A stretch of 64,000 nt of DNA, from the NCBI GenBank assembly GCA_000004985.1, contig GG738869.1; one strand, given 5' to 3'. This document shows, piece after piece, positions 1-11,583 of the stretch (its first letter is position 1; the number at the start of each line of letters is the position of its first letter). A model generated the notes under the pieces. That model was not told the origin of the DNA. It did not search any database and saw only the letters and a program-made list of their open reading frames with translations. Both the position numbers and the translations under genes were made by a program. Origin of the DNA: Naegleria gruberi. Its lineage: Eukaryota.

Positions 1-32
1 GTTTCATCTCTGATCTGTATCACTTAGGTCAG

Positions 33-491
33 TTGAAATCAAAGGAAAGAGCAGACAATTTATTGCAAAATTTAGGAGATGCCCTTGGATTGGCAGGAAA
101 TCTCCAATTTACTGAGAGTGATAGAATTTGCACCATTGCAGCCAATGGTTTGAATATTTATCTTCAACATCGAAGAAAGGAGGGCAGATTACTCGATCAC
201 ATTTTCATTTTTGCCATTTGTAGTGTCAAGATTAATTGTGTTCACAAGAAGGATCAAGTTTACACATACTTTTTAAAGAGTTCACTATTAGGAGGAAATT
301 CTATGGGAGGTGGATTCGGTGTCATTAAGAATGAGAATGATCCAGCCAAGATTTCAATTTATTACTACACTAGATTGAGTGTTGAGAATGCATCAGATAC
401 AGCACTGATGGAGGTTCTTCCAGGATTTGTCACTTCTTATAGTGAATTGTTGGATGATTTGGAGAAGATTCTATCGGATAGAAGTTGTTAA
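33..491 (+). CDS. 3' part of a hypothetical protein; the ORF enters from upstream of the window, stop at 489-491
   Basis: Open frame from the window edge. No recognisable domain. Converges on the minus-strand gene at 547-978 with about 55 bp between stops. Confidence 0.3.
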   Translation: MKSKERADNLLQNLGDALGLAGNLQFTESDRICTIAANGLNIYLQHRRKEGRLLDHIFIFAICSVKINCVHKKDQVYTYFLKSSLLGGNSMGGGFGVIKNENDPAKISIYYYTRLSVENASDTALMEVLPGFVTSYSELLDDLEKILSDRSC

Positions 492-546
492 ATCTTCCCT
501 ATTGGATATCAATTATCAGTTCTTTCCTCATGGACAAGTTCCACTC

Positions 547-978
547 TTATTGAGTTGCAACTTTTTCCAATAATCCAATAATTTCTAGGGCTACTTCCTC
601 ATCAATAGAACAATCTATTGCAAGTTGTTCATGAGTAACAATACTATTCACAAAATAATCACCTCCAATATGTTTCTCAAATAATTTCAATACAACATTC
701 TCAGGAATTTGATTAAAAGCAAGATAAACCATCAATTCCGAATCAGTCCAATTCTTCAATGATTTCCCATTCGCATTCTTCTTTGATGATTTATTAATTT
801 CCCTCAAATATTGATTAACCTCATCATCGGAGAGTAAACCCGTAGAAAAATCTTCCTCCCAATCCAAATCTAACATTGAATCAATAACTGTACCACTTTT
901 TCCATCCTCTTTATTTTCAGCATTATTAGCCTTTGTTGATGATGACTTCTTATCGAGGTAGGCTAAAAGGTCTTCCAT
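547..978 (-). CDS. SAM (sterile alpha motif) domain protein, about 144 aa
   Basis: ATG at 978 (MEDLLAYLDKK) in good context. C-terminal stretch W-TDSELMVYLAFNQIPENVVLKLFEKHIGGDYFVNS...EEVALEIIGLLEK fits the SAM/pointed consensus. The longer tracked ORF upstream of this ATG has no start. Confidence 0.55.
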   Translation of the reverse strand: MEDLLAYLDKKSSSTKANNAENKEDGKSGTVIDSMLDLDWEEDFSTGLLSDDEVNQYLREINKSSKKNANGKSLKNWTDSELMVYLAFNQIPENVVLKLFEKHIGGDYFVNSIVTHEQLAIDCSIDEEVALEIIGLLEKVATQ

Positions 979-1262
979 CGTTTTTTTCCTTAAATTTTTC
1001 AAAAAATACAACAAACATACAACGCCTAGGTAAAGCGAAGAATTGCATTTCAAAGCCTTCGCCTTAGTATTAAACAAAATATTCAAGGGACGTAAAGGAA
1101 TGTATTGATAGTGTGGTAAAGAAAATGACCTTTTTGCAACCTTAAATAATATTGTCTTCAACTTTCCAAAAACGAAATCAATTTTGTATCCGAATATCAC
1201 ATGTCGGTAATGTATAAAAGTTAATTGCTGAACCTGTGTTGATATGAAGCGAGCATGAACAA

Positions 1263-3526
1263 ATGGAAGGAAGAGCACATCAATCGTTCATGATTGTACA
1301 TCAAACACCACAAAAAAAGCATCGCTCTCCATACACATTGCAATTAATCATCATCAACAACTTTAAAAGCATGAGTGAAACATCATCAACAACAGCTGCT
1401 GATAATTCAGCATCAACAACACCAATAACATCTCCCAGAGTCATCAAGAGAGTTGTTGTGAGAAGAGTTGTGCAGTCATCATCCAATAATAATACAAACA
1501 CTAATAACAACACACAAACAACCAGTACTGAAAGTAATGGCAACAATATTGAAGTGAGTGTACAGTTTCCATCTGATGAGAATATTACCGAAACTACTAC
1601 CAATCTCACCTCTGCACTTTCCCTTTCACCAAATAATCAAACTGGACTTTCCTCTAGTGTATCACCACCATCATTTAATGGTTTAAATTCACCAATAATG
1701 ATTGTGTCGAGGGAGGACGAATCTCTTTCAAGTCAATCATCACCTTCACCCAATAACAAAAGTGTCCTTTCAACGACCATGAATGGAACACGAAAAGAAA
1801 ACGATTCGTGTGTGTCTCCCTCATTATTTGTTGATGGAAGAAAGACAATGAGCAATTCTGATATCAACCAACAGTCAACCAACAAAAAAACAGATCAAAG
1901 CCGTTCTACTTCCAATTTAGCCTCACCACCTTCAAATAATAATAGACATTCTAGTGGGGGAGGTGTATTTGGTTTTCTACAACGTATTGCTTCTCCACTC
2001 TTATCATCAACACCTTTAGAACAAAAGCAATATTCAGCAAGTTTTACTGAGGGAAGTTCTACTAATTCATATCTAGCTCGACAATTATCTCCCCGATCAT
2101 CGTCATCAATAGAAGAAACAGAGGATATGAGAGCAAGATCTGGTGGAAAAGCCATTGCTAATGTGCAGTTGGCAGATGAACAAGTTGTTAGTGGATTCTT
2201 GAAAGATTGCCAAAGTTTGAGAGAGAAGAGAAAGATTGCAGAATTGGAAAAACTGTGTAGAGATTTCTTACCACGTTACTATTCTTCCAAATCAAATATG
2301 GCTAAAGTCCACATCTACCTTGCCTTGGCATTGAGAGAAGGCTTACTGTTCAAAGATGCCCTTCATCATTTCGAAGAAGCTTTTGAATTAGAAAATGAAG
2401 ATCATGTAAATAATAATGAAGGAGAAAATACAATTGTACATACAAATTCGTTCACTATTGCAGATTATGCTCATACCTTGTTCTGTGATAGACAGTATGA
2501 GTTAGCTAGAGAATATTTTGAAAAAGCACTCTCGATATCTATCAAAGAGAATCAAAGCAATGCAGAAGAGTTGAGAAGTGCAATCATTCTGTGCCAAATA
2601 ATGTCACCAAACATTGATCCATCACAAAAAGCAGAATTGATTGATGACCTCCTTAAAAAATCCAACAACAATCAAGCCTTCACCTACTATGTAATTGGGT
2701 TGTATTATGAGAAATTACACGACTATAACAAGGCTATTGAATATTATACCCTTTCATTGAAGCGTGAACCTTCATATGATTGCAACTATGAAAGAATAGG
2801 CACATGCCAATCAAAAATTGGCTTGTTAGAGAGAGCTAAATGCAATTTAGACATGGCTTGTACATTGAACAAGCAAAACTTTAGAGCTATTTTGGCTCTA
2901 AGCAAAGTAAGTATATCATATTTAATTTAAATTATCTAACATTAACACAGCTTCATATTCGAGGAGGAATGACAGGATCTTGTAAAACAAAACTAAAGAT
3001 CATTATAGAAAGATCAGTACAATTGGTCAATTCGTCATCTGATAAGCTTCGATTATACATGGTTCTGGCAGAGTCATTCTACATATTAGGAATTATCAAG
3101 AGCAGTTGTGAATTTGAAACTAATTTTGAAAAGGTAAAATCTCTCTTCAGAGAAGCCATTCACTACTATTCCATGTATCACGAACTTGTACAGGATGATG
3201 CAGAAGAATTGGAACATTACTCTGCTGAGAGTTATTATAATACTATTGGACTTTGTTATCTCTATATGAAGGAATTTGAGACAGCCATGGATATGTTCAA
3301 CAAGGCTTCACAAGTATCTCCAAAATCCTGTGATGGAATTTATAATAAGGGTGTTGTCATGGAACAACTTGGATTATATAAGGAAGCTCTTCAATATTAT
3401 AACAAGGCACTCAAAATTGCTCCAAATGATCAAGATTCCCAAGATGCTGTCAAGAGAGTGCAAAGAAAGTATAAGAACTCTCTCTACACTAATTATGGCA
3501 TGATTGGATTGGATATTTGCAAATAA
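1263..3526 (+). CDS. Ser/Thr/Asn-rich protein with C-terminal TPR repeats; 2 exons (1263/1371..2906, 2951..3526)
   Basis: Long ORF; likely ATG at 1371 (MSETSS). Donor GTAAGT at 2907 after codon K, acceptor cacAG at 2949-2950. The second ORF continues in frame (…ILALSK|LHIRGGMTGSCK…). TPR-like motifs (AIEYYTLSLKREPS, ALQYYNKALKIAPND). Confidence 0.7.
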
Positions 3527-3720
3527 ATAAACTGTTTCAATTTACTTTTAACTTACATTGTAATCAATTTACAATTTAATAGTAATCACAAAGTTCTCAC
3601 TTAACAAAAACAATACACCGTACTATTCCACCTTACCAAATAATGACTTGTATTACAAGCACCATTATAATCATGTTACTCGTCAAGAACACGTTCTAGC
3701 CGAATCTAAGCGAATCAACT

Positions 3721-4735
3721 ATGCATCGTTATTTTACTCATCACAAAAAAAACAAAATGAAGACAACCTCTGTACTTATCATTGCAGTCTTGATGGCCAT
3801 TTTGATGGCTACCTATGTCACTGCCTCCCAAGATCCATTCGATGCTATGGCCGATGCTCTCGCTGATGCTTTCACCATGAAACGTCGTGGAAGAAGAGGT
3901 GGTAGACGTGGTGGACGTAGACAACAACAACAACCTGTTGAACAAGTTGCTCAACCAGTTGCTGCTGCTGAACCACAAGAAACTCAAGAAGAAGCTGACG
4001 TTTTTGCTCTTGTTGAAGCTTTGAGAAGAAGAGGAAAGAGAAGAGGAGGAAGAAAGGGAAGACGTGGTCAACAACCACAACAACCTGAACAACCTCAAGT
4101 TCAAGCTCCACCTGCTCCAGTTGAACAAGTTGCTCAACCAGAACCTGCTCAAGAACAACCACAAGAAGAATCAGATGCTCTTGCTACATGCGCTCATTCG
4201 TAAGTTTTAAAATTTGCATGATTCTTTACACATTATCCTCTTGCATGATATTTCTAAATTTTTAAATAATTGTCATGGAATGCTTTTTGGAAATTATTCG
4301 AAACTCTAAAGTTTCCCATTGTTCAAGCAATGTGGTCAATCATGGAGCTCTCAATTGATTAGTACTGATACCATCTGTAAATCTGGTTGTTTGATGACCT
4401 CCATGTGTATGGCTTTGAACGGTCGTGGAAAGACTAGCATGAACCCAGGTCAATTTGCATCTTGGTTAAAGTCAAACGGTGGTTTCAGTGGTAATCTCTT
4501 TGTCTGGGGAAGTGTTTCCAAGTTTGGTCTTACTTATGAAGGTAAAATTAAGGGAACTAGCTCAATTGCTTCACAACTCTGTGCTGGAAAGATTGTCATC
4601 CTCAATGTCCGTTATGGTGGACATTGGGTTTTGGCCACTGGTTTCGATGGTTCTTCATTCACTGTTAATGATCCAGGTTATTCCAAGTCTTCATATGCTG
4701 CCTCTGAAGTTACTCAAGCTGCTATTTATCATTAG
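3721..4735 (+). CDS. Secreted precursor: signal peptide plus repeated acidic-helix/basic (RRGGRRGG) propeptide modules fused to a C-terminal papain-fold (transglutaminase-like / NlpC-P60 / CHAP-type) Cys-His-Asp hydrolase domain; 2 exons (3721/3757..4199, 4312..4735)
   Basis: Signal peptide MKTTSVLIIAVLMAILMATYVTAS (ATG at 3757; upstream ATG at 3721). Two modules DPFDAMADALADAF..KRRGRRGGRRGGRR and DVFALVEALRRRGKRRGGRKGRRG. Donor GTAAGT at 4200 coincides with the apparent stop; acceptor AG at 4310-4311 restores the frame (..ATCAHS|FPLFKQCGQSW..). Exon 2 has Cys (KSGCLMTSMCMAL), His (GGHWVLATG) and a DPG Asp about 20 aa later, resembling the HAW...DPT arrangement. Confidence 0.5.
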
Positions 4736-5173
4736 TTTCGAATAGTTTTTACTACTGAGGAAAAGAAAAACCTTAATTTTGATGAACGAATGATTTTTGA
4801 GATTTGAATAAAGTGTTAATTCATCATGATTTAAACATTGTTAATTTGTGGTTTCATTGTTTCTGAATCTTTCACTTTAGGTTCAATAGATTCCTAGCAC
4901 AATTGGCGGGAAAACAATATTCTCTCCAAATAAGTAAACGAATAAGCTTAAAATAAGAAAATTCATTTTGAGAATATGCAAACAAACCCAGATATCTCTT
5001 CAATACACTTGAAAAAAAAACAGAGATCGTATTCACTGCTAACAAACATACTCTTCAGCATCATCAACAGATTGAAGAAGAAGAAGCGAGAGAGTTTGAA
5101 ATAAACGATCAATGTTGAAGCGTCACTTACTGTTAATATTAAACAAGTAGAAGAATTCAAAATATTATCAGGG

Positions 5174-7243
5174 ATGCCTGGGAAAACTATTTTCTTTTCT
5201 CCTCCGAATAGTAGTTGTGCTAATAGTAGCAATAATAATAATTTGGATACAAAAGATGGTGAAGGTAATAATAATTCGTCCCCATCTTCAATTTCTATTA
5301 AAGGAGCTATTAAACCCTCATTACTATCGAGAGGAGATGAAGGAAGTTTATCTGAGTATATCAGATTGCACAGCACGAATATTGTTGAGGAATTAATGTT
5401 TTCGGCAACTTCATCTAGGATTGGGTTGGCAATTATAATTTTAATGTCGTTTGTGTTGTCTTTAATTTATGGATTTGTAACAATGAGTTGGGAAAAGAAT
5501 GTGATTAATATTGTGGTGATTGTGGGGCAAATTCTTCTAAGTAAGAATGGAGTTAGGTCGTTGTTTGTGAAGGATGAGGTTATCAAGGTCGAGAATGGAG
5601 ATCGACTTCGTTTGGCAGTATTGTTGGTCTTGTTGACAACTCGATTCTTTCTCTTTGATAAGAATAAGATTTTATTTGTGCCAACCATGTTGACCTATCA
5701 TTTTGGAGGGAATAAGGTTTATTTGCAATCAACCTTTTTGGGATTACTGCCAACTTTCTACTTGTGTTCACTGTATTGTGGATCTGCTTGTTGGCAGGGA
5801 TATTTGCACTATTTGGAAAATGGATTTAATGAAGAATGTGTCTGTATTTTGGCAGAAGGTTGTGGATTGGGTTTTTGTTTGTGGGTGACAACTTTTTATT
5901 TGGTAACAGCTACTGGTTATCTAACTATGAAAGTCAAAACATTGGAAGATACTAGAAACAAATTGGAGGAAGCTCTTAGTGTGAGGAATACATTTATGAG
6001 TCATATTTCTCATGAATTTAGGTAAGTTATTTGGAATTCTATTGGAATGTTAATTTATTGACATCTGTAAATTCCAAAAAGGTGTCCTATTCAATCGAGT
6101 ATGGGGTGCCTACAATTATTAAAAGAAACAGAAATGAATAGAAAGCAACATGAACTGGTGGATACTATCATATTATCAAATAGTATTTCTTTATTGTTGA
6201 TTGAAGACATTTTACGACTTGTTAAGATTGAACACGAAAAGGGAAAAAATGGGAGCAAACATGTATTTGATCTGGGAAAGGCCTTGAATGTGTTGGATAA
6301 AATGGTGAGTGGATATGCAAAGCAATTCAGTGTTACTTTGAAATTTACATATGAAAGTGTAAAGAATTTGATAATTGAATCAAACCAGTCACAGTTATTG
6401 CAAATTTTGAGTAATTTAATAACAAATGGAATTAAAGCGTCCAAGGCGAATTCTATTGTAGAAATTGAAGCAAAAGTCATTCAAAAGAATGAAGAAAATA
6501 ATAGTGCCATGGTCCAATTCAAAATTATCGATCACGGAAAAGGAATACCAGAAAGCATGATTCCATCAATTTTTGAACCATTTGTTCAATTGGGAAATGT
6601 TAATGAATCCAAAGTGCCTAGCTCAGGATTAGGTCTAACAACAGTAGCTCATTTAGTGAATTTAATGAATGGAGAAATCAATGTTAAATCAACTCTTGGA
6701 AAGGGAAGTGAGTTTATTGTAGAGTTACCATTTGATCTTGCTTCACCTGAATCTCAAGAAGAAATTAACCAAGATCCCATTTTAGAACTCCAATTAGCAG
6801 TTCCTCAAGAGCAATTAAAAGCTGGATCTTCTGCATGTATGGATGAGGGCATTACAGGGAATGTTATTGTTGCTGAGGATAATGCAGTGAACAGAAAGGT
6901 CATTGTTAAAATGTTGTCCAGTTTAGGTTATAAGGCAGATTCAGTATGTAATGGTGAGGAGTTAATTCAACAATTTGATCCAACAAGACACAAAATTGTA
7001 ATCACAGATATGGTATGTTTGAAACTCTATTTCATTTTCTTATTCAGTTATATTTAATAGAACATGCCAAGTATGAATGGAATTGATGCAGCAAAAGAGT
7101 TGAGAAATAGATATGGAAATGATTTTAAGATTTTCCTCTTGACGGGAAATGTAATGGCAAATGAGGATAATTATTCATCAATTATTGATAGGGTCATTAT
7201 CAAACCTATTTCCAAATCAAGCTTGGAACAATTAATATCATAA
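5174..7243 (+). CDS. Hybrid sensor histidine kinase (TM sensor region, HisKA, HATPase_c, receiver); 3 exons (5174..6021, 6082..7012, 7061..7243)
   Basis: H-box SHISHEFR|CPIQSSMGCLQLL is split by a 60-nt GTAAGT..AG intron (6022..6081). N/G-box region NLITNG..., GLGLTTVAHLVNLMNG. Receiver domain VIVAEDNAVNRKVIVKML...ITDM, then a 48-nt intron (7013..7060), then NMPSMNGIDAAKELR...IIKPISKSSLEQLIS, stop at 7241. Confidence 0.85.
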
Positions 7244-7473
7244 TGAACTTCAATAGAGGATATAAATTTGTACAAAGTACTAGTAGTTAACTACTCAATA
7301 TCAGCCAAACAGAAAAAACACCCTACTCAATGGCAATTTACAATCCCTAATTACCAAAAAATAACTTCCAGCTGTACTATTACAATATGTTCTTACAAAC
7401 AATCCCATCTCATTAATTGATAAAACATTTACTAGTTTAAGTTATAATTATTCAACATTTTCTGAATTAATAG

Positions 7474-10400
7474 TTAATTTGATGAAGGTTTTTTACAAAC
7501 AAATTTGTGGAAATTCCAATCTGCTAGTTGGCATTCCCTACTACAATAAGGAGTTTGTTTACACTCTCCACACTTTGATTTACAAGGTTGATTAGCACAG
7601 AATGCACATGATGGTTGATGAGGTCCTTGGAAACCTTTTCCTTTCTCTTCAGTTTCACTTTCAAAATCAACATTTGGAATTCTACCCTCGTGTAATGCTC
7701 CAATTATTTGAAGAACCATCATACAGATATACTGTTTCTGTTGATCGTTTGATAGGGCATTTTTTTGGACCCAATTCATAAATAGAACATATTCTGAATT
7801 AGAATCATACTTGTCAAGTAGATTAGGGAAATCAGTGTGAGACATTGATACAATGATAACAGAAACCAAGTTACTTTGTAATCTTATTGGTGCCTTAAGG
7901 AAGAGGGAAATGTAATATGCGAGACCCTTATCAGTATTATCCAATAAGAATGTAGTGCTCCGGCTATCATTACTGCAAGCAGTGCCGAGAACAACAGAGG
8001 CATGTCTACCGAGAGCTACTTGGTCTTCGTTGAAAGTCTTAGTTCCTGGTGGCATGAAGTGCTGCATGGATCGAACGGTCAGTAAAATGGTATTCTCCTT
8101 CTCAGATTGTGGCATTGTCTTGAAATTAAGCAATAAGGCCAATGAACGAATTAAATAATTGGAGAAATTTGCTCCACGTGATAAATCTTTCAATAAATTC
8201 AAGAGCTTTCCAGATAATTTGTACTTTCTTTCAATATTCCTTTTTGTGCTGGGATTTACATTTTGTAAAATTCCGAAAAAGATTGAGAGTGCATTTTCAG
8301 CAGTGGCTGTATCAATGTATTCCAAATTGTCAATGTACTTTTCTGCCACTTCAATGGCTCCACTCTCTAGTATGTCCTTTGGGAAGTCCCAAGCAGCTGC
8401 TCCAAGAGCACTCAACATTACTTCAGCTCCATTGGCAATAATTAATTTGAGTCCCGAGTCCAAGTGCTTATTGAGCAGTGAGACAATAATTTTAAATCCA
8501 TCAATGCTCTTGATTCTGGAATGATGATGATATATTAAATCAATTCTGCCAGTCAATTTAACAGTAATATCTTGCAATATGGTGGCACCAGCAACTTGCT
8601 CTTTTTCATTGCCATTAAGAAGTAGAATTAGGCCATTATTTCTAAGGGCACCAAGACTTCCACCTGGCAATTTCGCAGCAGTATCCACTACTGTACCAAT
8701 GTATAAATGTCTAAAGCAATAGAAAGCAGCTGCCAATATCTTTAAATTATTCATTCTCTCCTTCGAAAACAATAATTTAGCAAAGTAGTTTTGGCTTTGC
8801 TTGGAGTTTTTGATTTTGGATTTTTTGCTCTCGTTCATGAATATGAAAATATTTGAAACCATTGAAATAATGATGAGTTGAGGTTGCTCTTTCAAATTCG
8901 GTTTGAATAGCAAATCATACCACCCCATTTCCAAATTATTCTTACAGAGTCTAGTGAGAGCATTGTTATCAATCATGAATTCATCCAAAATATCTACCAA
9001 ATCTTGAGGAACCTCACTACCAATGTATAAAGTTACCTTTTCTAATAATTCTTTCATTTTTTGTTGGAAAGCGCTTTCAGAAAGGTCTTCCCAAATTGTA
9101 TTTTTGATATTTTTGGAAGGTACTGGGCTTTCAACAGAAAGTGAAGGATCTTCTTTTTGAGAGTTTGGTAATTGTGTAGATTGTTGTTTCTTCTTTGAAT
9201 GCTCTTCAATTTTTTTTCTCAATTTCTCAACATCTTTAATCATTATGCCATAACTTTCGAAATGTCTCAACAATGCATCAAAGGCATCCAAATTTGAGGC
9301 GTGGGCTGCAATCTCAATACAAGTCATGTTCTCTTTTCTGGTCTTGTGCATCATTAATTGTAGTACCTTTACCTTATGTTCATTACTCTTTTTAGCCAAA
9401 GCTCCCAAATATGGGAAGATAATATCAAATAATTTACCGTCTGCTTTATAAGCTGCTGCTGTGAGGACACTATTTCCTTCACAGTCAATCAATAGAGGAT
9501 CTGCTCCAATACTCAATAAATGGGATACCACTGCATGACGATTTGACAAACATGCAATATGTAATGGAAGGGTGACTTTTGGTGGAGCTACATTCACATT
9601 GATAGATTGCTTTTTATAGCTCAGCAATAGCTTGACAATGTCCAAATTTCCTACAAGACATGCAAGTGTCAATGGTGTGTTTTTAGGATCCTTATTATCA
9701 AAGGACCAAGCAAAATTGATGTCACTGATAGCATTTCTATCCAATAAAATTTTACAACAATTGTAAAAACCGTCAACAATAGCATTGTGTAAAGAGTCAT
9801 TGGCAGCTTTAACATTATTATCCAATAGAATTTGTAAACACTTTGAGTGTCCTCTCAGGCAGGCCAGTCCAGTTAGAGTGTAGCATTCTTCGTGGGAATG
9901 TTGACTCTTTGAGAGTGAACCAACTTCTATAAGTGTTTGTGTACACTGATGATGCCCATAAAAGATGGACTGAGCTAATGGTGTTCTCTTCTCTTTGTTT
10001 TGAATGAAAAGATCGGCTCCAAGCTCTGAAGCAAGTACATCAATAACTTGTGAATGGACACACGAATCTGATGAGTGGTCACACAAAATTGGATTACTAA
10101 TTTTGTGACTTCCCATGTCTATTGATGCTAATCTATTTCCCAATGCTGCTGAATGGAGAGGAGTATCACCAACATTGTCCTGACCATTAACATCCAGATA
10201 TTTAACTATTCCATTTTCAATAATAAAACGTAATGTCTTGCAAGATCCTCTGTCAGCAATCAAATGCAACAAGGTTTGTCCACTAACTTGGAGTTTTGAT
10301 AATTTCTCCCTATCAATAATTCCACTCTTTACCAAGTGAGAATCATAAATAAGTTTGATACATTCGACAGAGTCTGTGAAAATGGCAACCAAAAGTGGTG

Positions 10401-11244
10401 AATAACATGGAGCTTCCAGTGAAAAGAAAGTGGTTGTAATAAATTGGACGGTCTTTTCCTTAGTGGAGGATGATTCACAATCTATTTCCAATTTATCCAA
10501 TAATACTGACAAGAAATCTGCATTTCCAGTGGTACAGACAATGTGGAAAATGTTATATTTGAATGGTAAATCTGATTTCTTATCATATGTGCATCCTGAA
10601 TTGAGTAACAATTCAAAAGCTTCCTTACTCTCTGTTGCCAGTGCAGCGAGTAATCCATCTGCACTACTGGTAAATTGTAAATTTACCTTCATCTTCTCAT
10701 TAACATCTTGTCCTGCATCCAATAGTTTCTTCAAAGCTGTGCAATCATTCTCCACAATTGACTTGAAGAAGGCATTCAATTTCACTCCTAAAATTCTTTC
10801 CTTCAATTCAATCCTCGATAACCTAACCTGATCCAACTTGCTTTCCTTATTGTTCTTCTCTTCCGATGACATCCTTCTTTTTTCAATTTGTTCTTTTAAT
10901 TTATTCATTGCTTCCAATCCTTCTCCTGATGGCAAATTAACTAATGCATTCGAGCAAACTTCCATGGCTTCGTCCAATCTCTTGAGCATCATCAAACTGG
11001 TTGCCTTTCGATGATAGCCCTTCCAGAAGGTCCCATCCCGAGCAATACTACACTCACTATCATTCAATGCATTCTCGTATTGTCCCAAATCGAGATAAAT
11101 TTTAGCTCTATTTGAATAGGTGATGTAATCGTTGGGATTATGCAGAATTGCCTTCGAGTAGCTGTGGAGAGCATCTTGTAATCGGTTGTGTTTGGCATGT
11201 TGATTGCCCTCTTGACGATATTGTTCGGCTGTTTTATTGGACAT
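7474..11244 (-). CDS. Large TPR + ankyrin-repeat protein with C-terminal MYND zinc finger (1256 aa), intronless
   Basis: ATG at 11244 (MSNKTAEQYRQEGN.. TPR). Multiple ankyrin repeats (TPLHIACLSNRHAVVSHLLSIGADP etc.). C-terminus CAFCANQPCKSKCGECKQTPYCSRECQLADWNFHKFVCK is a MYND finger. Confidence 0.85.
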   Translation of the reverse strand: MSNKTAEQYRQEGNQHAKHNRLQDALHSYSKAILHNPNDYITYSNRAKIYLDLGQYENALNDSECSIARDGTFWKGYHRKATSLMMLKRLDEAMEVCSNALVNLPSGEGLEAMNKLKEQIEKRRMSSEEKNNKESKLDQVRLSRIELKERILGVKLNAFFKSIVENDCTALKKLLDAGQDVNEKMKVNLQFTSSADGLLAALATESKEAFELLLNSGCTYDKKSDLPFKYNIFHIVCTTGNADFLSVLLDKLEIDCESSSTKEKTVQFITTTFFSLEAPCYSPLLVAIFTDSVECIKLIYDSHLVKSGIIDREKLSKLQVSGQTLLHLIADRGSCKTLRFIIENGIVKYLDVNGQDNVGDTPLHSAALGNRLASIDMGSHKISNPILCDHSSDSCVHSQVIDVLASELGADLFIQNKEKRTPLAQSIFYGHHQCTQTLIEVGSLSKSQHSHEECYTLTGLACLRGHSKCLQILLDNNVKAANDSLHNAIVDGFYNCCKILLDRNAISDINFAWSFDNKDPKNTPLTLACLVGNLDIVKLLLSYKKQSINVNVAPPKVTLPLHIACLSNRHAVVSHLLSIGADPLLIDCEGNSVLTAAAYKADGKLFDIIFPYLGALAKKSNEHKVKVLQLMMHKTRKENMTCIEIAAHASNLDAFDALLRHFESYGIMIKDVEKLRKKIEEHSKKKQQSTQLPNSQKEDPSLSVESPVPSKNIKNTIWEDLSESAFQQKMKELLEKVTLYIGSEVPQDLVDILDEFMIDNNALTRLCKNNLEMGWYDLLFKPNLKEQPQLIIISMVSNIFIFMNESKKSKIKNSKQSQNYFAKLLFSKERMNNLKILAAAFYCFRHLYIGTVVDTAAKLPGGSLGALRNNGLILLLNGNEKEQVAGATILQDITVKLTGRIDLIYHHHSRIKSIDGFKIIVSLLNKHLDSGLKLIIANGAEVMLSALGAAAWDFPKDILESGAIEVAEKYIDNLEYIDTATAENALSIFFGILQNVNPSTKRNIERKYKLSGKLLNLLKDLSRGANFSNYLIRSLALLLNFKTMPQSEKENTILLTVRSMQHFMPPGTKTFNEDQVALGRHASVVLGTACSNDSRSTTFLLDNTDKGLAYYISLFLKAPIRLQSNLVSVIIVSMSHTDFPNLLDKYDSNSEYVLFMNWVQKNALSNDQQKQYICMMVLQIIGALHEGRIPNVDFESETEEKGKGFQGPHQPSCAFCANQPCKSKCGECKQTPYCSRECQLADWNFHKFVCKKPSSN

Positions 11245-11583
11245 TTTTTTTTTTGAAGTTTTTTTTGTTTGGATTAATTTTGGCGGTTCAGCTTCGATGT
11301 GCTTTAGACTTGTATTTTTACTTAATAACTTCTAAGGTCGTTACCAAAGAAGCGAATATAATAAAATTACAATTTATTATTTTTACTAAATAACTTCTGA
11401 AATTTTTTGACATTTCACAAAGTCACACAATAATTGATAAACAACAATGATGGTGAAATGATCTGGAAATGATGATACCCAGTTGAGATAATATCGTTAA
11501 ATAATATGGTGATTTAAAGATGAGATAAAAAGATTGAGAATAGTAAATATACAATTGAAATATTGGCAATATATTTGAATAAT

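Noticed and set aside
3715-4164. 149-aa minus-strand ORF, and 3872-4162 (96 aa)
   Set aside because: Antisense to the repeat-rich propeptide exon. The Ser/Leu-rich translation is typical of antisense reading of GAA/CAA-rich coding sequence.
10430-10831. 133-aa plus-strand ORF, and similar ORFs at 7955-8524 and 10482-10664
   Set aside because: They lie entirely antisense within the 1256-aa TPR-ankyrin-MYND gene. They have no start context and a low-complexity translation, so they are chance ORFs in an AT-rich frame.
11148-11393. 81-aa ORF at the 5' end of the ankyrin gene
   Set aside because: It overlaps the start codon region of the 7474..11244 gene on the opposite strand and continues into AT-rich promoter DNA, with no support.
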